A model generated the notes under the pieces. The model saw only the letters and a list, made by a program, of their open reading frames with translations, was not told the DNA's origin and made no database searches. A stretch of 64,000 nucleotides of DNA from a virus (lineage: Duplodnaviria; Caudoviricetes). The stretch covers positions 8,386-72,385 of IMG/VR virus record IMGVR_UViG_3300028591_000188, one strand, 5' to 3'. A program made the translations under genes and the position numbers. Shown piece after piece: positions 1-13,311 of this stretch. Every line of letters begins with the position of its first letter. Position 1 is the stretch's first letter.

Positions 1-1
1 T

Positions 2-1840
2 GTAAGGGAAGCTACTGCATATCATTAGAAAATATAGGATTAGTATGATGCTGCTCTTCTTGAAGCATATAAATTAAATAGTATGCTTGATTAGCAGAAT
101 GACCCAGAATCTTGGAAGTTATATAATGATACAGTTAAGACTGTTTATGATATGGCTAATTATCTGAATACAAAAGGTCTTGATGCTAATGCTTAGGCTA
201 ACTTAATGAAAGTTAGGATGCAAAGTCAAAACATTTTTGACATTAATGCTGCAATAAATAGAAAACAAGAGGCTATTAAATCCTTTATGAATTCTGCAAA
301 TGGATAGAATCCTAGATATATAGGTATTAGACCTGAAGAAACCTCAGTTGATGATTGGAGAGGAGGAAAAACCCCAGATTTGTTTGGAGTCAATGGTGAA
401 CAAGTTTCATAGTATATTGAAAATGCTACTAAAAATGTTACAAGTTAGCTTTTTAATGAATATAATTCTAGAGGTTATAGAATTACAGAAATAGGAGTTA
501 ATCCTATATATAGATAGTAGGTATTTAATGCATTAACTGATGAAAACTATGATGGAAACTATCAATTTACAAAAGATGCTGTATAGAACCAATATATGAA
601 TAATGTGGTAAGAGAATTAAGACAAACCATGCAAAACGCACAATTTTCTTTTGGTTTTGATTAGTTGAAGTCAGATGAAAACAAACAAAGGTTTGCATCA
701 GAAATGTTTAATGGTATATAGAATGGAATTCAATATAGTAAGAAGAGTGAAGTTGACCAATATGCATTGGATTCCTTTAAGACACAAAATGATATTTATG
801 CAGCAATATATAAGGATGCAGCAACTAATCCTAAATCTCCAAATATGATAGTAAATGGAAAGGTTGTCCCTAGACCACAACAAGAAGATCCTATGTCAGC
901 TACTTTTGGATAGCATTTTAACTATTTAGATAGAAGTGGTGAATATACAAATTTAAAGACTCAGTTTAGTACATTAGGAGGTATAAATATAGATACTGGT
1001 TAGATATAGGGAGGCGTTGTTTGGGATAATAAAGGACAGCTTAAAGAGCAATTTAAAAATCCTGTTGTTTTAAATAAGGATAAAAAATCAGTACATCCTA
1101 AAGACAACAATTTCTTTATTGCCTATGAATAGTATATAAAACCTCTTAATAGCTATATAGAAAGTTTAGAGATTAATGATATTACTGGAGAAGGATATCG
1201 CTCTGTTAAACCAAGTCTTTATTAGAATTATAGTGATGAAGAGCTTATGAGTTTATACAATATGTATAAAGAAATGGGTTACACTAAAGAAACCTACGAT
1301 GCACTTAAGAAATTTAATGTTTCCAATTTAAATGATTATAACGAAGGTAAAGGATTTAATGCTTAGGATGCTTTGAATGAAGCTAATAAGTTAGTATAGA
1401 AGAGTTATGTTACCTCTTTCACATTAACAGACAATTCTTAGGCAGGAGATATTATTATGAGAGGTTTAAATACTTCTGAAAGACAAGTAAGAGAAATAGA
1501 TTATTCTGGTAAAAGAGGAGATTTATTAAAAAATAGGAATGTTCCTTTCTTAAAAAAAGAGGGTAAAAACTATGTATTTGATAAAGATGTTGTAACAGGT
1601 TATGGTTATGATATAGACCATCCTGATGAGTTTATAATTTATTCTGGAAATAAAGGATATGCTGTACCAATCAACATATTTCCCAATGAGGTATAGACAG
1701 TAATTAAAGCAAGTGCTGTAGAATACCAAACTAGAGGAAACAATGGGATTAGAAATCAAGATGCTTCTGCAAGATTTTTATATGACTTCTTCTTAGAAGG
1801 AGCATCTCCTGTTCATGGTAATACAATTAATAGAGAATAA
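2..1840 (+). CDS. Large virion/ejection-associated protein, 5'-truncated by the window edge; TAG read as Gln
   Basis: Frame starting at position 2 reads VREATAYHQKIQDQYDAALLEAYKLN... with in-frame TAG (first at 26-28). It contains the 1457..1696 track ORF in the same frame and ends at TAA 1838-1840, 6 nt before the next ATG. Confidence 0.75.
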
Positions 1841-1846
1841 TAAGAT

Positions 1847-4800
1847 ATGGAAGAAAATTATTTAGATATAACCGAATTTGGACCATAGGGATTAAGAGGT
1901 TTGCCTTCATTAGTTTCTAATTAGAACTATGGAGCAGATACTACTGAAGATAATAATACCAACAATGAAAGAAGTATTGCTGACATTATTTTATAGTCAG
2001 AACATCCTTATCAACAGTTAGGTCCTTATTTCAGTCCTACACAAAAAACAGAGGATATAGGATTAGAAGCTATGAGCTTAGGCTATGGAGATAGCAGATT
2101 TGATGAAAATGCTACATAGGAATCTGACTTATATAACTTAGATGAAATCAGAGCATAGAATCAAACTGGTATAGAATAGCTTGCTCACGGTGTTGCCAAA
2201 GGAATAGGACTTGCTGCTACTACTTTTGTAGATAACTTTGCAGGTACTGCTGCTGGCTTAGCTAATGTAATTGATAAAACTTCATCTGGAGAAATATCCA
2301 AAGATTAGTGGTTTACTTAGGGACTTAATGCTTTCGTTGATAATCCTGTAAGTAGGGAATTACAGGAAATCAATGATAAGATGGAAGTATGGTTACCTAA
2401 CTATTATACTGAAGCTGAGAAAAATAATTCATGGTGGTAGAATGCTTTTACTGCTAACTTTATAGGAGACCATTTTCTTAAGAATACAGGATTTATGGTT
2501 GGTGCCTTATTTAGTGGTATGGCTACTTCTGGGGTTCTTTCCAAAGTAATGAAACTAGAATAGTCTAGAAATATATTTAAAAACATGGCATCTGCTGCTG
2601 GAATGAATGATAAAAATGCAATAGAAGTTGCAGCATAGATGGCAAGAAATGGTGCTACTGGAGCAACTGTAGAAAGAGCTTTAGCAAACTCAGCAAAGGA
2701 ATTGGCAAGAAAAGAGATAGCTTTAAAAGCAATTGCTGGACTTAGTGCTTCTTGGGGAGAATCTAGAATAGAAGCTTTAGGTGGTTCTGATGAATTTTTC
2801 AATAGAGATAAACCGCTGTTAGATTAGTATAGGTAGCAAAGATTAGACAATGTAGATAATGAATTATTGGAGGAACATCCTGAATTATTCTTAAGACCTA
2901 TAGCTAATTAGAATGGATAGATTATTGGTTATGAAAGACTACCTTATTAGGATAATGAAGAATACAAAAGCCTCTACAATCAAAAAATAGATAATATTAC
3001 AAATGAATATAATGCAGCTTTAGAAGAATTAAACAACAGAAGAATTGATTTTGCAAACAATTCATTCTTAGTTAATTTTGGCTTAACTTATCTTGAGAAC
3101 CTTACAATATTCGGAAATGCCATAACTGGAGGGTATAGTACTGCTAAGAGAGCTAAAAACCTTGTAGATAAAGTAGCTATTGATTAGGCTGCAAAAGAGG
3201 GGGCATCAGCCCCATTTAAATATACTGCTTCTAAAGAAGCTATAAGGGCTTTAAAAGCAAAGAATATTGCAAAAGGTATTTGGTCTCCTATATTTGAAGG
3301 TACTTAGGAAATGTTACAAAGAGTTGAATAGGTTACTGAAGATATTTATCAAGGTACTAAATTCAATACTTTTATGGGTTAGGCAATAGACCCTAATGGA
3401 TTGGATTCAAATCTTTCCTGGACTAAATCTTTCTCTGAAGCTTTTGGTAAAGTGTATTCTAACCCTGAAGAATGGGAAAATTTTGCTTTAGGATTTATAA
3501 CTGCATTACTTCCTATGGGAGGATATACTACAGTCACTAATGAAAAAGGTGAAATCCAATATGATGAGTTAGGTAGACAAAAAACCAAGAGAACCCTTCT
3601 AGGAGGTGAATTTTGGGATAATGTGTATACTGCAAATAAAGGAATCAACGCTGAGGCTGAAAGTCAAGCTAATGCTTTAAATCAAATATTGGATAATCCA
3701 GATAAAAGAAATCTTGTGTACTCATTAGTTATGAGGGATGCTTTTTCTTAGAGAAAAGATGCAGCTCTTTAGAATAATGATGTATTAGCTTATAAAAATG
3801 CTGAATTTGATGAATTAGTTAGTGAGGCAATAAGATTCTAGGAATCTGGCAGAGGAGAAGATTATAGGGACCTTATAAATACCTATATGACTATAGAAAC
3901 TCCTGAACAAATTGAAGACCTTAAAAAAAATACAGTTATAACTGAAGGAGACACAGAAGTTTCTTTATATGATGGAATGTCAGATGAATAGATTATTCAA
4001 AAGTTTGCTAATCAAAAGAAGCAAGCCTTAGAAGTAATTGATAAGGCATAGGCAATATCAGATTAGTTTGATTAGTTATATGGTACTGAAACTTTAGCAA
4101 TAGCTAAACCTGAATATATATCTTCTGTATTAAGAATAGATAATAGAGAGCAGAGAATAAAATAGCTTTCAGATGAAATTCTTAGCTATGTAAATGGTCT
4201 TACTTCTTTATATAATGAAGAAGAAAAGAATGAATTACTTGACAACCTTAGAAGTATAAGTAATCTTACTTCTGTAATGAGTAATGAAGAGTCATTAAAA
4301 GTAGTTGTTGATGCAATAGATAATAATGAAAATGCAAAGAAAGCTTTGAATGACTTTATTGAAAATAAATATGCAGCAGTAAACTCTGAAAGAGGTCTTT
4401 TATAGGTAAGAATAAATAGACTTACAAAAAAGCAGGAAGAACAAGGATTGAATAAAACCGAGCAAAAGCAACTTGATTCTCTTAAAAAGAGAAAGAAAAA
4501 ATTAGATGATTCTACTGCTGGAATGAAAGACAAGCTTTAGAAACTTAAACAAAAAGTTTAGGATTCTGGTGGAGAAACTGAATTAAATAGAGCTACTTTT
4601 GTATAGAAAATAGATGATTTAAATACTTTAATTTAGGATAGAGAATCCTTAGTATCTTTATTTGGAGTATTTTCAAATGTAGATACTAGATTTGTATTAG
4701 AAAAAGCCTTATCTAATGATATCAATAAAGCAATGGAATTCTATGTAAATAGAAGAATAGATAAGGTTTATTCTAAAGTAAGAAAAAATAGAGATTTAAG

Positions 4801-7800
4801 TTAGTTAGATGAATCCCTTCCTTTAAATTATATAAGAGAAAGGGCTGTTTAGAATGGAGATTAGGATTTAGTTGATTATATAGATGTAAGAGATGATTAT
4901 CTTAACATTCTCAGTAAAAACATTAAAAATTTCTCTGAAGAAGACTTGGTAGAAGTATTTGAATCTATAAACGATAATCTTAGAAGAAAAGAAAACGGGC
5001 AGTTTATAAATACTACCAAGGATACAATGAGGGCTAGTACTGAAGGCTTTTTGCTGAAAAGACTATAGGATTTAAATGAAGAGAAAGATAATTCTAGTTC
5101 TCTTCCTTCAAAAATAAAACTAGACTAGTAGATATAGATAATAGAGGCAGTATTAGATGCTAAAAAGAATTCTGAAAAAGCAGAAGAGGGTTTTAGTAAA
5201 AACGTTGATTCAGAAGAAGGAGAAGAAGAAATTGAAAATGAGGAAGAAGAAGAACCTGTTGAAGGATTTGTTTTAACTGATAAAAATAGAAATTTTGCTA
5301 AAAGGTCACGTGCTGATGTAGAAGAAGAATTAAATGGTATTACTTCATTAGAATAGTTTGAGCAGGAAAAGAATAACTTTATTTTAGGCAATGGTATAGA
5401 AGACGAGTTTTATGAAGCATTAAATATAGTTGAAGATTCTTCACTTACTGAATCTTTAGACCCAAACGATTTAAAATGGGTTAAAGACCAAATTCTAAAA
5501 CTGCATGAACAATTGGCAAGACAACTTAAAGAAGAAGAAAAAGAAAATAATAGAAAAGGAAGAGTAAGTAATAAAGAAGAAGATGAAGGTAAGCCTGAAT
5601 TTGATTCACTTAATGATGAAGATGACTCTTCTTCAGATGACTCTTCTTCAGAAGATGGAGGACTTGATGACTATGAAAATGAAGACAATGATAGTGATTC
5701 TAAAGAACCTTCAACTTCAAACCTTGGATTTAGAAGTGGGGTTGTAGGAAAAACACCACAGACATCATAGTCCTCATAGACTGTCTAGGAATAGCCTAAG
5801 GAATCTCCAGTAATAACTACTGCAACAAAGATAATCAACCCTTAGAAAGAGCATAGAACAATCACTAACTCTGAAGGCAGTAATGCAGAAATAAAAAATA
5901 GAGGGAATGAAGATGCTTGGGCAGTTGGAAGAAAAGGTACAAAATGGGATTGGGAAGAACTTAAAAACTCAAGAAGAAAAGCTGAATTAAGAGAAGATAC
6001 TTGGGATGAATTTATTTGGAAAGGAAAAGGCAGAGAGTTTGTTGAAAACGGCGATTTAAATAGACTTTAGGAATATTGGGCAGAACATCATAATGGTTCT
6101 AAATTACCAATACGGTTTGTAAAGGTAGAATATGGAGGAAGTTTTGAAGGAGAAGGAGCAGAAAAATTTAAAAAAATGTATGGTACTTACTCAAATACTT
6201 TATTTGCTGCTGTAGAAATCCCTAATGGTTTTAAACCTTCAATTAAAATAGAAACTGCGTAGGTTACACCAGAAACAGGAAGTGATATTAATGTATTAAT
6301 ACTTGGAGAAATAACTTATTGTAGTGGAAATAAAGGTAATAATATAGACAATTGGAGAGCTTTAAATGCACAAATTAATAAGTCATTTAAAGAACTCAAA
6401 GAACGCAAAAGTAAACTTCCAAAGCCTTATGAATTAAGAATGTATACTCCAGACATAACAACCAATCTTGAATATATATTCTCTGGAAGAATGGTAAAAG
6501 AGATTGATGCTGTTGATAGAGAGAAAGCAGTAAGTTATGGAATTCATAATCTTGGCGATATTCTTACAGATGCAGAACAAAAACAACTAGACTAGGACTC
6601 AAAATATACTCCTTTTGAAATAGTTGTAAAAGCTGGTACATAGGAACTTGTTTTTGGTAATATAAAGGTTGAAAACCCAAAGATTAGAAACAAACAAAGT
6701 AGAATAGTACAACTGAATACATTTTCATCTGAACATAGAAGAGAAATGGGCAGTACTAAAGTAGGTAATGTTGGTACTGTATGGTTGAGAGTAATGGAAG
6801 CAGATGGAAATATCTATTACAAAGGAGTTAAGATTAATAGATTTGATGAAAATACAGATGATAATTCTCCTGTTGCTAAAAAGATACGCCAAATTATCCA
6901 TGATTTAGTAGAAAATAAAGATACAACTAAAGAAGACTGGAAGATTTATCTTGGAAGATTATCAAGATTCCTTTATACTTCTGCTGCAAAAAGTAATAGA
7001 ATGTTCCTACACTTAGAAGGAGAAAAGTTCTTCTAGATAGGTACTGATGAAGGTCCTGCAAGGAAAATAGCTATTCCTAATAAAGATGATGAAAACTATG
7101 AAGAATTAGCAGAAGAGGCAGAAAATGCTATATACCAAGCAATAAAGAATGAAGGATATAGATTTAATCTTGTTGCTGATAACTCAAGCACAAATGCTGT
7201 TGAAAATCTTTCATTATAGGATATAGTTGCTTCAAATATGATTTCAACTGATTTGGCTAGAGTACATAATGTTGGAGCATCTTTCTTAATAAGTCAATAT
7301 GTAACTGAGGAAGGAAAATTAGGCAAGGTTGTAGATTCTAAGATTGCAGAATAGTTAAGAACAAGAAAATTAATCCATACTGGAAGAAAGGATATTTACA
7401 ATGCTGAAGTAATTACTATGCCAATCCAATTAGATTATGGAGGCATGAAAGGTTACTACTTTAAAGGAATATTGGATGACGATAAAAAATATCATTTTTA
7501 TTAGTTAGAAAATGAAAACGACCCTATAGGAAAAGGTAAAGAAGTGGAAGACATGTTAACAGTAAAGCTTCTTACTACTAAGCTTTAGCTTGACTATTTA
7601 ATGAAGAATGAAAAACTTACATTAGAAGATTTAGCTAGAGGTATAGGAGAGAAAATAGGAGGAATAAAATATACATTTACTTATAAAGGTAAAAAGTTAA
7701 TATATACTCATATATATATTCCTATATCTGTTTCTAATAGAACAAGACCTGTATATATGGATGAAAATGGTAAAGTTATATATCCTGAAAGAAATAGAGA

Positions 7801-9067
7801 TGAGTATAATGCAGTGGTTGCTTTAGGATAGAGAAATGAAGCTGGAAAGAAAGCAAATGAGTTCCTTAATAAAGCTGGAAGAAACGCTAATCTTGTATTA
7901 AATACTTTTGAAGAAGCAGAAGATAAAACAATAACAGTAACTGTTATTAATTCTGCAAAGAAAGAAAAAGCAAAAGAAGGTGCTCTTTCTTATCTTTATA
8001 TTGGTCGTGATGATATCCCACTTTCTCAAGAAGCTTTTAATTATTTAGATTCTGATACTTAGTTTAAGGTAAAGGAGTTAGTGTTTAAGCTTAATGCAAA
8101 AACAGGAGCTTATGAATTATCAGCAGATGTTTATTTATCAGATGGTACTGAAACTAGAAAAGACAGCAAAGGTGAACCTATCATATTTAAAAAGGTGTAG
8201 CTTAAACTTAATGGTCCTTCTAACTTGGGTTTAGTAATTGATAAGAGAGAAAAATGGAATCCGAGCTTAATAGGAAATCCTATTTAGGAGGTAATATCTG
8301 CACCTATTGATGAATTATCTAGAAAAGGTAAGAAAAAGGCAACTACCAAGAAAGGAAAAACTACTAGTTCTAATAATAATTCAGTATTAACTATTCCTAC
8401 AACAGGTAGTTCTTAGGGAAAAGAAGTTAAAGGATAGTATTCAGTAATTTAGAATGAAGATAATTCTTTAACTGTTACTTATGAAGGTGACCCGAAGGCA
8501 AGAATTCGTATTAATGGTAATTTGGTTCCAGATTTTGCTAATAAGCCTAAAGCTTTGGGTATAAATTAGATTACTGTATTACCTGATGGTGAAATACAAA
8601 TACAATCAGATTTGTCTTCTAGTTTGAATCAACCTGAGTTGTAGAATTAGGATATCTTGAGGCAGATTATAAAGGAATAGCTTCCTGATTTAAGTGAGTA
8701 TTTAGAACAGAACACTAAATAGCCTACAGTATCAGTACAAGATATTGCTAAACAGATGGATAAAGATAAACCAGTTACTAAAAAACCATCATCAAATTTA
8801 AGAAGAAGACCTACAGTTAAATCTTCTACTACTAAAAAACAAGATAAAACAATGAGAACAAGAGAGCAACTGATAGAAAATTTATTTTAGAAATTAAAAG
8901 GAAGATATGATTCGTTTAGTTTACAAGATTCTCCTAAGAATGTTTCTTTAAAAGATGTTCTTAATTCTCTTTAGCTATCTACCTTGGAGCAATTAGAAAA
9001 TGTTTCTGTAGAAGATGCTGAAAAGATATTTACAGACAACAAATACTGTTGGACCCCATTCTACTAA
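1847..9067 (+). CDS. ~2,406-aa crAss-like virion ejection (cargo) protein; TAG=Gln
   Basis: ATG at 1847 (MEENYLDITEFGP...). Track ORFs 2639, 3401, 5513, 6746 and 7601 are all in this frame and are cut only by TAG. Ends ...KYCWTPFY-TAA (9065-9067) before a terminator. The function is inferred from size and position next to the vRNAP. Confidence 0.75.
5621..5650 (+). repeat. In-frame 15-nt tandem duplication (GATGACTCTTCTTCA x2, DDSSS x2) in an acidic low-complexity linker
   Basis: Direct reading of the sequence; lies in the E/D-rich stretch at ~5,190-5,710. Confidence 0.8.
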
Positions 9068-9086
9068 TTTAGGTTAAAATAAAAAA

Positions 9087-9120
9087 AAATAAAGGGAGCC
9101 TGTAAAGACTCCCTTTATTT
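9087..9120. terminator. Bidirectional intrinsic terminator between convergent ejection-protein genes
   Basis: Hairpin AAATAAAGGGAG...CTCCCTTTATTT with an A-tract on the left and a T-rich tract on the right; genes on both sides end next to it (9067 +, 9138 -). Confidence 0.85.
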
Positions 9121-9137
9121 ATTTAATTAAGTTGTTA

Positions 9138-12100
9138 TTAAGCAGCATTCTTAATATAAGGATTAAACATCTATACATCTCCTTCAAATAATAAATCAAT
9201 AGCTCTATCGACATTCCTTATGTAAGGAGTATTGAAATATAAAGTTTTTACATATCTGTTCCATCCAGCATATTTTCCAGATTTTATTGTTTCTCCCATA
9301 TCAGAGAAATTAAGTAAATCCATAGCATTATTGATTACATTAAGACAAGGCACTGGAGTATTTATAAGAGTAGCTACATTCTCTGCAAATGCTATAGAAG
9401 GTACAGCAGAACCTAATTCCAATCTTAATCTATAAAGATTATAAAGAAGCATATTAGTCAATCCAGGGTCATCTTTATCTGGACCATTTGCAAATCCCCA
9501 TTTTAAAGTAGCCCATATTGAGGTATATACCGCAATTTCTTCAGATGCTTTTTTAACCTCAGCTTTTTGTCTGTCTGAAAGTTCTCCCCATCTTGTAGCT
9601 ACCTGGAATTTCCAATGTATCAAATCCTCCATTAAATGAGTACTGAATTTTAAAAATGTCCTGTAAAATCCAGCTTCCATATCTCCTTCAATCACATTGT
9701 ATCTTTCTTTTCTATATCTAGCCATATAGAATGCAGGCATCCACTGTCTATATTGCATTATAAGTCTTCCTAATGCAAATCTATGTATATCTCCTTTATC
9801 CACTTCACTAAAAGCACCATGCATTCTGTTATTTACCTAATCTACTTTAAGCTTTATCTAGAACAAATCTTTGTCTTTAAATTCCGTCTGCTTATCTTCT
9901 TTGAAAATATTATCTGCAACTACAAGCTTCTTATAAACAACATCGCCTTGTTTTACATCCTAAACTTCCAAAGCATCATATAGTGATATCTGTTTAAAGC
10001 TTCCGTCTTCTTGTTTTTGGTATACCTTAGTATGATTCAATACTCCAAGTAAAGATATAGAATGTAAATAATGTTCACCTAAAGAGTTAAATAAAAGAGG
10101 ATTCATCTTCTTAATTCCTTTTTTAATTAATCCACTCACATAAGCTACATTATCTGCATCGTAGAAATAATCTCCTTCAGGGTCAAATCTTTGTAATATT
10201 AGTCCTAATTTTGTAGTTTTGACATCTTCATATGTTTCAAGAATTGTAGGACCAATCTAAGCCATATATTGCTCATGGGCTTTAAGAATTTCCTTTAAAG
10301 TAAAAGACTGGCCTCCACAACATTCAAGTAATGTCTAAGCAACTCCCATACTGACATTAGTCATACCACTAAACAAGTTTACACCTAATCCTATCTATTG
10401 GCTATAACCTTTTGTTAAGTCCATTCCTTTTCCATAGTATACATTCACTGTCTTATCATTTAATTTGAAACTGAAGTGTTCATCTTGTTTTCTATCTGCA
10501 TACAAAGATTTATCTATATAATTTCTTAGTTTCTTATACATATTAGTTTCAGAACCTTTCATTTCCAAATCTTCCTTAAATGAATCTTTTTCAGTTTTAT
10601 TTGTTTTCATTGTGAATCTACTGAAAAGTTTCTATCCAGTATCAGAAGTTTGTCTTATAGGTCTATCAGCATAAAAAGAAGCAAGTACTTCCATTTCATC
10701 TGAAATACTATTCATTGAATCATAGTTTAATGCCATTGCACAATACTGCAACATTGTTTCTGTTGCATTAGTATCTAATTGATTCATTTCATCTCCTAAC
10801 CATGCTGTATAATAAACAGGAACAGTTTTTACTATATTTCCCTGGAAGTCTTTCAACACATATTGTTCCTTTTCATCAAGACCTGTGGAATTTACTCCAT
10901 CTTCATCAGTAGCAATCTGTCCATCATCTGGATTTCCAATAACTTTTATTGTAGAAAGTTTCTACTATTGGTCTGACTAGTCGGCATCAATACTAAAGAT
11001 ATTTAATTTATCTTTCAACGCTTTAGCTGCTGCCCTTCCTCTTCCTTGCAAAAGTGCTTCCTAAGAATCTACCTTTTTCTAAGGTGCTCTGTATAAAGAA
11101 CCTACGGCACTAACATTTCTTTTTGGTAGAAGAATATCCATTTGCTTCTTTATTTCTATAAGTTCATTATAGCACTTTTTCTAAGCTTCAGACATATTTT
11201 CCAAATCATTGGAATAATACTTTTCTTCTATTGGTATTCTTATTGTTCTTTCTATATTTCCTACAGTATAGGTATATTGTTCTGTATTTTCTCTAACCCA
11301 ATTATCAGTGTCTTTTTTCATTTGAGTATAATATTTTTCTGGGTCAGACTCTTTAATGCTTTTATATTTTTCTCTAAGTTCAGCCTCATAATCTCTCTTG
11401 TCTTTAAAGAATTTTGTGTAGTCTCTGTCACTTTTGAACATACCAGTAGGCTTTCCGTCTTTAAACACATACATCCATCTCATGTCTCTGCTGCCAGTAG
11501 CTTTTGTATATTCTTCCTATATCTTTCCAATTTTTTGCTACATAGCGAACACCTTATTGTTTCTTTGGTATAAAGTGTCCTTCATTATTATGTCTGTAAG
11601 CTGAAGTAATGGGTCAGGCATATCAGCAAGACTATTTACTAGTCTTGAAAAACCATTTATATCTCCTGTAAATGACTCTAATATAGATTGAAGTTCGATT
11701 CTTACCTCTTTTCCATCGTTGGTTTTTACTGTCCTGTCTCCACTCCAATATTTCTACACAAGCTAAAGAACACAGCTTAATCTCATTTCCTTGTAGGTTT
11801 TGTTAAGTCTGTTTAGAAGCCTGTCAACATCAGTAGCTAGATTTATTATTTCATTCATCTAATCTTCTGTAAGTAAATCTTCAGAACCTTCTTGTGCATC
11901 CATTATTTTCATCTGACTTACTACATCTTTATAAGCAGCAATAATAGTTTCAATATCTCTTAGACTCTTAAAGGCTTTCTTAAGATTATCAAGAGAAAGT
12001 TCTTTCTTATTGTCAAATACTTGTTTAAGTTTCAGAAGTTTTTCAGATGTTTTCTTACAATCTAACTAAGCATAATTAAGGAAGTTAGTACAACTCAAAG

Positions 12101-13310
12101 CATACTTATCTTGATTTATGGCTTTATTTAACTTTTCAAAATAAGTTCTATCCTCCTTTGAGAGTTTTCCGCCTTTTGATTTTACCTGTTTTAGTCTTAT
12201 TCTTTTTGAAAGTACTTGATATCCTTGATATACAACATCCTAAAACTATGATATACCTTTTTCTATTTTATAGAAATCTTTGGCCTTTAGAATGTTGTCT
12301 ACATCAAATAATTCTATATTTAATCTATCTTGATAAAAATCACTTACTATGCTACTTACTTCATCCTGGAGTTCTTTTAGCATTAAATCTACATCGTCTG
12401 CTTCTCCATATGAAAAATTGTTCAAGATAACATTTAAAGTTCTTTCAGATACATATCTAATAGAGTCATCTATTCCCTCTCTATTCACTAGGTTTTGAGC
12501 AATTATTTTACCAATAGCCTCTTTAACTAGCATCTCATCATCTCCTTTATATAGTCTATTATACTTTTCATACTCTTCACCTAAGATGACCTAAGCTAAA
12601 TCGTTCTCTTCAACAACATTCATAAGCCTCTACATTAAAGGATGGTTCTGGAAGCCTTCGACAATAAAATGACTGAATTCCTCAGGTAAAGCTCTCTATC
12701 CTATTTTTCCCTATGAAAGTAATATGGCAGTTTTTAATCCGTCTGCATTTTGTCTTGCCTATCTTGGAGAAAATAAACCTTCGTATCCTAAATCTCTTCT
12801 TTCTTCAATATCAAAGCCTAAAGAGTTCATATAGTCAGCAATCTTAGTATTCAAAGAATGAAGAGCAGTATCTTCCGCATATTTCTTAATAGAATCTTCT
12901 GTTCTTTCTACCATCCTTATTTTATAATTACCGTCTTCATAGTATACTTGAGGCACTAATTTATCGTATTTATAAATTAACCCATCAGTATAATCCATAG
13001 CTTCTGAATAAGTATCAAACAGGTCTTCATCTAATCCTTCTTTTATGGTAATATAATTACCCATATTTTCTTCTGTAAATAATGAAGAGGCTTTTTCTCC
13101 TAAAGCTTTTATTAACTAGGAAGCTGTAATATTATTACTTTGTTTTAACCCAATGGATTGCATAAACATACTATCCTAGGCTAATCCCCATAAGGTTTTA
13201 GTAAGTTCCCTGTTTTTTGTTATTTCCTATAATTCCTTAAATAATGTACTTTGTTCTTCAGAACCAATGTCTGAAGGTATCCATGTACAAATTCCACTTC
13301 TTTTACTCAT
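9138..13310 (-). CDS. ~1,390-aa crAss-like ejection protein with a zincin-like (EEFSH) segment; TAG=Gln
   Basis: ATG at 13310 (MSKRSGICTWIP...), 1 nt after the vRNAP stop. Track ORFs 9171, 10395, 10632, 11181, 12246 and 12759 share one frame and are cut by TAG. Read-through gives ...ALPEEFSHFIVEG... near 12,670-12,690. Ends ...PYIKNAA-TAA at 9138. Confidence 0.75.
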
Positions 13311-13311
13311 A

